A stretch of DNA of 64,000 nt from Phallusia mammillata (Eukaryota). The notes below the pieces were generated by a model. It was not told the DNA's origin. It searched no databases and worked only from the letters and a program-made list of their open reading frames with translations. The translations under genes were made by a program, and so were the position numbers. Where the stretch lies: the NCBI GenBank assembly GCA_965637545.1, contig OZ281501.1, forward strand, positions 15,314,001 through 15,378,000, written 5' to 3'. Of the stretch, positions 36,201 to 48,200 are shown piece by piece; positions within the stretch are counted from its first letter, which is position 1; the number at the start of each line of letters is the position of its first letter.

Positions 36201-39200
36201 GAAAATGAAGAAAAGTTTTGACAATTCTTTGACGCCTAAACAATAGTGGTGTGTATGTGATGCTGGGCTACCAATAACGGTTTTGGGTTTAGTTGTAAGG
36301 TGGTATACTCCTGTTGGTAACAAAACCAACACAACATTTTACTACAGGATTCATGGTTGTGTGATCTGGTTGACCACTGCGAGGGAAGAGTGGACGAATG
36401 CCAACAGGATTGCCACAAAGCCTCGTTTTGGTGTGATACTGGAAAGTGTATAAGAGTTGAATCGTTTTGCGACAACGTGCAAGGTACATAGACGTTAAAG
36501 TTTTGATCTTTTGTTGAAAACAAAGTTAAAATCCCTTAAATTGTTGGCTAAAATGGTACTTTAATTTCTCGTCGGTTGGTAAACCAGTTACAAGAATTGA
36601 AACAAAATCACAACCAATATTGAATAAAAGTTTCCAAATTTGACATTTTCATCATATTTGTTGTTTACTGTCTTAGTTCGTGCTGTTATTACAAATATGG
36701 TTTGGTCCACTGATCTATTTCAGTGCAGTTCTGGCGAGTTTTATTTCAGTGCAGTTCTGGCAAGTTTCGTTCTCATAGTGTTTGGCCAATCAGTAACAAA
36801 GGTTGCACACCCCACCTTTAGACACATACTGAAACCATTATGCTTTTGAACTCAAAATAGTAGAAGAAGCAGAGTTGTAAGTCAGGCCGGATTCAGGGTT
36901 GGGTTCCTTCATAAAAGCGGGCTTGATTCGGGCCCGACTTTACACTCTGTGTCAGTACTTTTTTAACTAGCTAAGTAGCCAGTTGTTGGACCTGACCTAA
37001 TGTCAAACAGTCCTAAAACGACTTGTTCAGACCAATTGTCTATCATTGTCTATTGCGTTTATCGTCTTGGTCTTTCCTGATTATATGCTTCAATATATGG
37101 GCCTGTCAATCAAACGTGCGGGTCTAAACGGGCTTCTCAAAACGATTCGGGTTCGGGTCGAGTTTGGGGCTCCAATTCCAGTCCCCTTTACAACTCTGAG
37201 ACGACGATATTTATGTGATACAGATTGCGAAGACGGGACAGACGAAGTGCCTTATGCTGGGCAGTCTGGGCAATTTCCATGTAAGAACGTGTTTCACAAC
37301 GATCGGGAATGCTCACTTAGTTTGCAGCATCCTTGGACATGCGATGGACTGCAGCAGTGCACCAATCGAAGCGACGAATGTTTACCTTATTGTGAATCAT
37401 CGTTTATTTGCGGCTCCGGCGAATGTATTAAAAGAGATTGGGTAGGTGTTTTGTTCGGCTAACATGATTCATGATGTTTATGAGCGACATCATAGAAGCT
37501 AACTATTGTAACCTCTTTGTTTTTCATCTTTGGGCACATTGTATCCTCAATGAGGCAAGATGGTATTAACATAAAAAATTCAAGTTGACCTTTAACTACA
37601 AACATGAGCATAAAAAATGCATCTATCTATTAAAACGCATTTTTTGAACTTTAAACTGGATATATAGCCATAAAATGCTAAAATTGTGTTAAAAGAGGAC
37701 TGCAAGAAATTACCCATGTTAAAAGGTAATGTATCATAACTTATTTCTTGCAACAAATTCAACTGTATCATATTTCTTTGTTTTTAAACCTTGCTCCAAA
37801 CGTCATTTGAATAATCAACTACAGATATTCACTAAATGCAAGTTCAATTCAAAGTTTTTATTGTTTCAATTTGCTCAGGTGTGCGACGGAGATATAGACT
37901 GTGGTGACGGAAGCGATGAACACACAACAGACAGCGAAGCCTTCACCTGTGCAAAAACCCGGCATCCAATCACCAGAACATGTCTTTTGCCTATCTCAAT
38001 AACCCAAGACAATATAAGCGACTGTGACCGAGATATGGATATCTTAAGCCGCGTGATGCCAGTAGAGAGCGACGCAAAAGGGGTAAGCACCTGTTACATG
38101 TTGATTAATTAATTTGGGTTGAAATATTCTTTTTAATAATCACAATAATAATTTTTATTGAAGTTTTAATTTCTCCATGTTTACCTACTAAAGATTATAA
38201 TTTTTAAATTGATATCCATACTACTTTTTTAAATGTTAATAAATTTCTGCTATTACATTACTAACATGCAATATGTGCAAAAATCTTATTTTGTAATCAT
38301 GTATTTTTTTATTAGAATAAAAATCAGAGTTTTTATATCTATGGCTTGGATGCAACCAAATTTTGTGAACAAAAAGTTACCAGTATTTTCTTAAACATTT
38401 CAATGAATTTCTGTGATGCACCTTTTTGGTTCAACATCCTCGATCCGACAAAAATGCGAATTTCATAAACACGTGATTTCTCAAAAACTTTTTTTTCACG
38501 GGGTTCGAACCCAGGACTATCCCGGGGACGAATCCCGATCAGGTTTTTTATGTCTGTATATGGGTCAGGCGCGTCAGACCGTTCGGCCAAGTTCCTTTCC
38601 TTACAACGGAAAACTACTGGTAAAAAACACCGGTTGTGGCCGAACACGTGTTCTGGTGTGACAAGCATCAAAAACGGCAAAAAACGTCGGTAAACACTGC
38701 AAATCGAGATTTTAATTCATTCCAACATAGCAGATTGAAACCACAAGAGAGCTCAACCTTCTCGAAAAGTGGTAAACCAAAAGCAAAATGGCGCACAAGC
38801 CATACCAGCTTGGTGAGTCAGCAAGAGGTCAAATCGCGGGGGTGCAGCATTGGCCCTCTTATCTTCAGTTAGATGACTCACACAGCCAACAAACAGCCGT
38901 TAATTGGCATATGGCATTCAAAACGTTGTAGCGGTGGTAGGAAAGCGTCAGAGATTAGAAAAGCTAAAATGCAAATACGTGGGTAGGAAAAAAATGCCGT
39001 TGGTCTGCATTGGAAATCTAGAATGCTATTTTCCCTGATTTCACATCGACCCGCTAAAGCCGTATGTAGAGAAACTGAATCTGACTGCAGCAAGCATGAA
39101 GCGAAGTGAAACAAAACGCAGTGGGTTGACGTTCACAAGTTACGAACAACACATTGACATGACCTAACTTGACATAATTGTACCGACGTGGTAAAATTGA

Positions 39201-42200
39201 AAAGTATATTACCTCGTCAAGATTACAGTAAAGTCGATTTGGCTTGAATTGTGTGCTTATAACTCCAGTATAATTGAACATAAAACGACACACCAGGCAA
39301 TGCCACTGCAAAATATATTTAATTGCAAACTCATTTTTAAGCGTTTGTTCAACAAATTTTCCACAAAATGTTTTTTGTTAAGTAAATTTTTATGTGACGG
39401 AATACAAACCTATAAACATTCCCTTTTGACAAATGTAGCTATCAAAGCAGTTGTTCCGGAAAAATAAAGAAATTAAATTTTCTCATCAAAGTTTGCAAAA
39501 AAACTAAAGAAGGTCTTTGATTGCTTCATTTACATACAAGGCATTATTTGCTAAAATTTCCTTAACGACGCCAGCGCTGTGTTTTGCGCAGTAAAACTCA
39601 ATTTAATATGTTTTTAGTAGAATTTTTTTTTTTTTGCGAGGAAAGCTATAGCGCAAAAATAAATCCTTAAAACGCGTAACTAAAAGAGTACTAAAAGATA
39701 ACTACAACGTCATACGATCTGGATTCAAATTTTGCGTAAGGCCCATATCGGAATTTTATACCCGGGTAAAGACTTATGATTGCGGAAGGTAGTTCAACAA
39801 AGATCGGCCGATAAGTGAACTAAGCGACGCATGGAGGATCGTACTCAAAGCGGAAAAGGCGTAAACTCGAAAGCGGATCCTGAATTGAGCCTCCGGCGGT
39901 CTTTGCGGTTCGCTTTCGCCACGATAAGATCAAGATGAGTCGGTCTAGCTCAAAGACGAAAGGATAGGAAGATGGCATGACCCTTGAGTTTAGACTGAGC
40001 TGACGCAAAGTATAATTGGCTGTGTGTGAAAAACCGGTGGCGTAGCTTTTTATGCAAACGTAACGCTTCACTTTATCGGTTGGCGTACATATGTCAATAG
40101 TGACAACTTACCACAACGCAAATCTGTGTTTGCTTGATTGTACCAAATAATTGTAATCAACAATGGTATTCAAAGCCATATAATTTCAACACCAGTGCAT
40201 AACAACGTTTTTCGAACCCATCTAAATAATTTTAAAATATAATTTTTCACAATAATAACCATTATGCCATAAATATTGTTAGTTGCATTTTTTCACCAAA
40301 CTGGACTGGTTGTTAAAAACATTTTGTATTAAGCTGCGACAAGAATTAATTACAGACAACTGTGAAAACACTGTTTTAAAGCAGAGTGTTTTTCTTTAAC
40401 GTAAAATTCACCAACCCATCTTGGTATGTTATATTTTTGCAGTTAACTGTTTTCCTAAAACAAATGAAATACATGCACTTTGAAATGTTGACAGAAATAG
40501 TAAATTATTTTGGTTATTTTCCAGACGGGCGGTTTCATGTCAAACGTCGAGACACTGGCTGGGAATTCATACTTTCGATGCAAAGGTGAAAAGCGCATCA
40601 TTCCAGGTTGGTGAATAATACATCTTTGTATCTCAAGTTATTTTTTGCCAAAACCCGTTAAGTATGATTTGGTCACAGGTGAAAGTGTCAAAATATGTGA
40701 TTGCAGATGTCTTCGGTTAGTTACATATCCATATGCGTACAAATTATAGTTAATTCTGTTTGAGTTGATGCACATTGTGTTTTGAATTTTTCAAATTTCT
40801 AAAATTGTTTGTAACAAAATTATTAGAATTAAAAATCAATATTTTTTAATTTTTTACCCCACAGCCCACATTTGCACTATTTCAAAAGATATTGAAATCT
40901 TTAAAAATAATGTTTGCAAACGTGTAAATAATTTCCTACCTACATCGCAATTTTAGAAAACGGAATATTTTTTGCAAACGTTTACAAAAAACAAAGATGC
41001 GCTGTACTACTAAAGGTTAGAGGTCCTATAATCATACGCGATGTGTTGACGACCTATATATGCCATTTTCAAAATGCATCCTCCAAGCTTTTCTATAATG
41101 AGGAACATTTTTAGTGGAGAAACAATGTGATGGAAATTTCGACTGCCTGTTGCTTTCCGACGAGTGTTTGTGCGAAAAAACCCCGACAATCTGCGGTCTA
41201 CTGTGTTACGGCACATACTGGCCACTACGAGGCGATAAAGATCCATGTCTGAGTTGTGACGTCGGCGAGGTCAGATGCGAGGAAACTTGCATACAAAGAC
41301 ACCAGGTCAATTAAATAACCAACTCTGTGTCGTAAATGCAAAGTATTGTTTTGTTGATAAATCTGGGGAATACTCTTTGAAATTTCCCATGATTATGCAC
41401 TTTATGAATGAACGCTTGTTGCAGATTTGCGACGGCAAAAGAGATTGTAGCGACGGCATAGACGAGCAATCTTGCACTCCGGACGTACAATGTGCCAAAG
41501 AAGAGTCCGAACATTGCAAACCTAACTTTACCTGTCACTCAGTAGGTAAGCAAGCTTACGGAAAAGTAAGCAGCAAATCAAAATCAACGCATTCAAAACT
41601 ATATAAGGATAGGAAAGATCAATAATCAGCAAAATCACTTGCCACGTAAAATAAACTTTCAGACACGCATTTTTTCAAAAGCCCAATTAAGAAATTTTGT
41701 ACGTAGTAACCGCAATACAAAGGTAACAACACCAGAATCTTTGCAAATACTTGTAATGTCATTAATGTGTTTTGGACAACTTTCATTCCCATATAAAACC
41801 TTAAACTCTTTAAGGCTGTGTTGTTTTCTATCAAATATAGCCTATAGGTGACAAATTTTAGAACATAAATTCTTATCGTGTAAAGAATCAACAACTGTTG
41901 TATGTGTTTTGGTGAAGACAAGGACAAAAATCAAAACCACACAGCTTTAAAGTGCGATGGCCGACCAGAATGCACACATTATGAAGATGAATGCGATTCC
42001 TGCCCAGAACCGCTTCCAGCATTTTGTCAGCGGGTCAATGGACCAGCAATTTTCAACATGTAAGTTAGAATATAATCCAGTACAGGTTATGTAGAAATAG
42101 GTTTGTCAATTACACATAGAAAAGACAAGTAAAAACCAGCAAACAGCATCTACTGCATTTTGAATCTGTAGCAAACTATACCCACTGGCCACAGACCCCA

Positions 42201-45200
42201 ATATTATTTTCAAAAGTGACAAACCCTTATTATTTTCACAACTGATAAACCCCATAGGATAATCGGTGGGTACGAAACATATGAAAAAGCAGTTTTTATC
42301 GAAAAGGACAAAATTAAGTTAAACATTTAGTGTGGATTTATTGACTGGGATTTTATTCATGCAGCCTTTCAAACACATTAACGGCCCCCACAGAGGTTTA
42401 TGGACTTTTTGAGAACCTGGTCTACTTCAACCATTGTAGAAGCTTGTTAAATCGCCCACGCCCAAAAAGACTTTTAATACAATCCCCCGACAAAAAAATA
42501 ATTATTTGGAGCCTTTCCGTCGAAAAAGGGGTTGTTTTTCCGTGGAAAATGTGTTGTTCTGATTAGACAAAACTGTTATAATTGAAAACACTATTAAAAA
42601 AAATCACGACAGTTTGCTTTGTTACAAACGCGTCCTATTTACTTGTTTTCTGTGAGTCCAGGTCAAATTTTCTCCGTAACTCATTTTCCACTAAACTTTC
42701 AACTATTCCAAATCGCCAAACGTGAAATTTCGAGTCAAAAGGTCACAGCAGAATTTGGATTTCTAGGAAGTTATATTCGTGCAACACCGGAGGAGTTCTG
42801 CTACCGGCTTCCGAGGTATGTGATGGATTGTCCATGGACTGTCCGGACGGAGCGGATGAAAAAGACTGCCCTCATCGGATTTACTGCAACAGCAGCGCTT
42901 GGTTGGAGCACGGAAAAGAATTTGGCGGACCCATTCACATTTCCAAATCACAGGTGAAATAGTTTATGCAAAAAAGTACAAGTTCTTGTTCAATTCAAAA
43001 TCCACAAATTAAAAGTAAGAAATTGTCGACCATTACTGTTCCAGCTTGCCTGAAAGTGCTTAACATTGTATGGCCAACAAAAAAGCCTTTTGGGTACCAA
43101 TAGCGGCCATTTATTTACATCAAGGTTTGGTTTAAATGATTGTTTACAACCTTGAAACTATTACTTTGAACCAACTTAAAATGTCTATTGCACTTATTTT
43201 AACAACGTTCACTTCTAGATTTGCGATGGGAAAATCGACTGCAGAAACCAAATGGACGAATCAGATTGTCCCGACCACTTTTACTGCGAAACAGGTAGAT
43301 TGGTACACTATATACAGATCTGTTTGTAAGTTTAATGATGAAAATTACGGCCCAAATACACGTAAAAAGCGACAGGACCACATCACTTACACCCATTTAC
43401 ATCCACTTAAGTCACATAAAAGAAAGGTAGGTTTCCATTTTATCATCAGGAAATCCACTTTTTGTTCCCATTCGCGCAAAAACTGATGGCAAGGCAGACT
43501 GCATCGACGGAAGTGACGAATGTCCGTCGACGAGCTTCAGCGATGACGTATTTGCGTCACGTGAGCACATGATTCGTGACGCGGCCTTACGTTACTTGAT
43601 CTGGGTGATGGGCGGCCTGTCAATCATCGGTGAGGAGGTTTTTGTTTGTGTTGTGTTTTTGCATCCGGAAAACGTTGAGTGGTAACAGAATGATAATTTG
43701 GAGTTTTAGTTGAAAATTAAGTCCGCAGAGAGATACGAAAAGGTTTTCCTTGATCGTGTGGCTCACTCAAGCCAAAACTCAAAACCACAATACTCCCCCA
43801 AGAAGAAACACGAGACATAAATAAAGTTTATCGTTTACCACCTTCTGTCTTTTTTGTCGACGCATTTACTTTTTGTGGTTTATGTCAAAGGTTATTTAAA
43901 AGAGTAAAAGTTTGATTTAGTAAAGAAACAAAGTTTATGTCCTTGCACTGCAGGTCATATCGTATCGTCTTTAGGGAACAACTTGGACCATATGTAGAAA
44001 ACACTGAACTATTATTACCCCTTATTAAAGCTTAAATTTAGAACAATAGGAAACTGTGCAGGCAAAATGGAGTCATGACTGATAGGCACATTGCAATCCC
44101 AAAATCAATGAATGGCAACAATTTCTCTATTCAACGTGGCATTGGAAGTCAAAAACACATGAAATTGAATAAAAAAGTTTTTCGCCCTCCAACAACACCT
44201 TAGTACTTTTCTAAAGATTTTTTCTATTTTTTAGGAAACTTGGCAGTTCTGGGTGAGACCTTATACGATCTTCTGCTCTCCAAAGATCGCTTCAAGAACA
44301 AACGACCGTTCGCGAAGGTCAACCACGTATTAGTGATAAACCTGGCGACGGCAGATCTTCTCATGGGCGTCTATCTCATCCTCCTCGGCTCTATGGCCGC
44401 ATCCACCTCCGGAAGTTACTGCCTGGAAGACAAATCTTGGAGAAGCTCTCACACATGCGCTTTACTGGGCTCCATCACTATTATCTCTTGTGTGACGTCA
44501 GTGTTGATGCTTGTCATCTTGACGTCATACCGGCTGTACGGGGTGCTACGACCCTTCAAGTGCCAACACGTCAGCTACGTCACAGCCCTGATGTTTGCCT
44601 TCTTGGCGTGGTGCACGGCGTTCATGTTAGGTAAGTTTACGAAAAGCAAAGTTCATTAATACCGTCAGCTGTTTGCTAATAAACCATTTCTCGCTACTAT
44701 CCTTTGTAAATCACTCCCAGTTTCGAATGAAAACTATTGAAAGGAGAATGTACCTAAAAAGATAAATGTTTTCGCCCGAAACTGTTGGGATGTAATTCTG
44801 TGTCAAGATTTGTTTTTGGTGTAAAAGAGCTGAATATGATTTTGATCTGTTAATTTCTAACTATCACCTTATGACTGTTTAAAAAACCAGGTGTTTTCTC
44901 CTTGTACTGGCAGTTGTTTTCGAAATTTTTAGTTTATTAAATTGCTGTGTGGCCCAATAAAACTGTCTCTATGTCCGACAGTTTGGTTGCAAAAATGATA
45001 AAAATTTATTGGGCAGAGGTAAAAATCGAATCCAAAACCTTGGTCAGGCCTAGACAACTTTGTTTGTTCTTTTAGAAGTCGCAAGTTAATCTGATAGTAC
45101 GTATAATAACCGAATATTTTGATGGGACTTAAGCTCTGCTTCCAATTGCAAATCCCTTGTCGTCACGGTTCATTTCACACGCGTGGGTACGTCACAATCC

Positions 45201-48200
45201 ATATTTCGTCAGTGACTTGGTGGATCGTCGAACCCTAGAGGAGTTTATCAGAAGGGTCAACCTTTTTTACGTCCATGATGTCACCGCGCTAGCAAATGAT
45301 TCCAAACCTCTCTCAGTAAGTGCAATAAATTTAACAATTTCAGAAATGTATTTTTACCGAACTAATTGGACAACACCTAAAAAAACATTAAGAGTTTAAT
45401 TGCAATTATAACGCTGGTTAAAACACACACTAATGAGTAAAACACAGACTAATGAGTAGGTGTTGCATTGAGTGCATGAAAAGTTTGTTTTGTGCTCTTA
45501 ATAAACACGTCTCTTTAGACATAATGGTATTGCAAACAAACAATCTACTTGTATTGACTAAAGTCATATCATCGACTGTTGGAATCAGCTCCATGCCCCT
45601 ATTGCCAAAGTTTAAAACTGACGACAAAGCACAGTTTTTTAGGAAATTTATTTAAACAGATCAAGGCACTAAACCTAATTCAATAGGATTCGTATGAAGT
45701 TATTTAAGGACTTGACATATACATGTTAAGTTGTAACGTTCACTATTGACGTAAATGGTATTGAAATCCGTACAATAAGCTGATAGTGATTACAAAGGCA
45801 AACAAGTTTGTGTATAATTCCACGGAAACCGTTTAACCGAACGTCTAACTGAATGAAGGAAATGCATATCCGGCGTAGGCGTTTTGACATTTTATTCCAT
45901 ACGTTTAATCAGGTGTTATAACTCGAAATGGCGTTTGCTCCCGCACATTTTGAGGCGGCCGTCTGGCATTTAGTTAACGGCAGATTACGTTATTTCGAGT
46001 CAACCTGGATTTACGTTGCGGTTGGTACGCAAAGGCTTTTCTCCAAGACACATAAGCGCCTACGCAAAGTTGACATTTAGAATATACGCTTTTGGAGGAG
46101 GTTAAAGGTTAAAGAGAACAGGTAACATTTTATTTCTAACCACAAAATGCGTCAAAAATGCATTTCGGTGTGGGAAACATGCAATATGTGGCGAATTGCA
46201 TTTTTGCGTTGCGTGGGTGTTGTAATGGCATTGCGGTTGCGGGTAGTTTTGTGGCCAATTTTGTTTACCAGCATGCAATACAAAATGTTACTGCGGCAAC
46301 GAATTAAAACAACAGCAACGGTGATTCATAGCATTTTATATGCAAAGCAGGGCAGGCTTTCTATTATTTTTTCTATTAGTCACAGAACCTTTGACATGAA
46401 GAAAGAAATGCATTTCGAACAGTAAAAAAGCTCCTACTTAGATTCGTATTAATATTGAAACGTTTTATTTTTATCTTAATTTTTACTACGCCCCTTTTTA
46501 ATCACCTAAAACATGAGAAAGTTATAATATCGACAAAAAATGCCATCTTTTCAATAAACGTAAACGTCAAAAACATTTCAACAATTTCTTTGTCAGGTGA
46601 CCACTGGAGGGATCACGTGGTCAGAAATTCAATCAACCATGACGTCAACGTTTGGTGCGGAGTCCATACGAGGCGTGTTCGGCTACTACAGTGCGCATAG
46701 TGTTTGCATGCCGAAGTTATACGTCACCAGTGATGACGTGGGATGGGTGCAATCAATGGTAAGCCCAAAATCAAAATAACACCACTTTTCTATTTGAATA
46801 AGGCATCCAAAATGTTTTTCAACAAAGCGAAAAATACACTTCATGTATTTAACTGTGGATAAGTTTGAAATATTTTAAATTCAGCGAAATTGAAACTTTC
46901 GGAAAATATTCATAATTTTGGAGTGATTGACAGCAAACCAGATTTACAGTGAAACAAATTGTAAGTGGTGCAATGTGAATGGAACCAAACAAAGCCTTGT
47001 AGTTACATCAACAAGACACAATTTTTAAGCAAATGAAAAAAGGGATGATTTCCATGTGTCACTGGGTGAACAGTAAAGCGAAGCATCCGGTTTTTCGGTC
47101 GCGAAGGGGGGTAGAACACACGCCCTGTCGTCAATCGTCAAACCCTGGCTCTTTGCCACACGCCAGCCTTCGCAAATAGATTCCAGGAAAGCAAACTGAA
47201 CGCAACTACATGTTTAACCCGCGCGCGCGTTTGCAACGAATTCGGTGATTAAGGGGAACCAGGGAGTCGGTTTTGCAAAGGACAAATGACGACGGTGACA
47301 CGAAACAAAATCGTGATTGCTCGAAACCGATTTACAGGAACGAAAAACTGAGCAGTCATTCGGTTCACGACCGGGACGGAGTAATTCTTGAATTAATCAT
47401 TTCGAACATTGCCAAAATTTGTTGGCTAGTGGACTATGGACTGATGAACCCCTATAAGGGTTGAAAAGCCTCCAAATTGGCACAAGCACGATCACATTAG
47501 CCGCTTTATAAGCCCCAAATGGAGTTAAACATGAACGAATCGGGATATTTCGTGCCCACTATCAATGTTATTACTTTGTGTACACGTTTTGCGTGTTTAG
47601 TTGGGGAAAAACCTATTTTAAACATTGCAAATCAATCAAATCGCGTGCAAAGCCTTATGATAATTATTTTTCTCTGTAATCTTTATTTGAAAACTACAAA
47701 TTTAACAAACATTTTTCGTGGAAAATGTAAAGACCAATTATATTATAAAAACAAGAATACTGTAGCGCTGTTTATTGGCAGCTGCCGCCACAATACAAGG
47801 AATATGCTTTATCTTGTTTCAACAGGTGATCATCATATTTAACTTTGCCGCGTTCATCTATATTGTTGCATCATACGTGTTTATCTTTTACAAGACGAAC
47901 GCGACAAAAACGAGGCGCAGCAGGTGAGCCATTGTGACTGGAACACTACTTGCAACATATCTAAAATAAAATATGTTTCTAAACTGATTTTCACAAAGTG
48001 AACAAAAATTACGTTCTGTTAAAGATTTGCAGTTGAACTTTTGTATTGATTTTTAGGATTTTTAGTTTTTTTTTTTTTTTAATTTAGTAAATCCAGAATG
48101 GAATAAAAAACTATTAAAATGTTATATATGGTCGACAACTAAAACTATTTTGAAACAATTGAAACCGTTAACTCTTTATTTGAATATTTTTATTGAAGTA

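Noticed and set aside
38495-38560. tRNA gene (GGTTCGAACCC B-box)
   Set aside because: No A-box at the right distance and no cloverleaf. At most a degenerate tRNA-derived SINE head.
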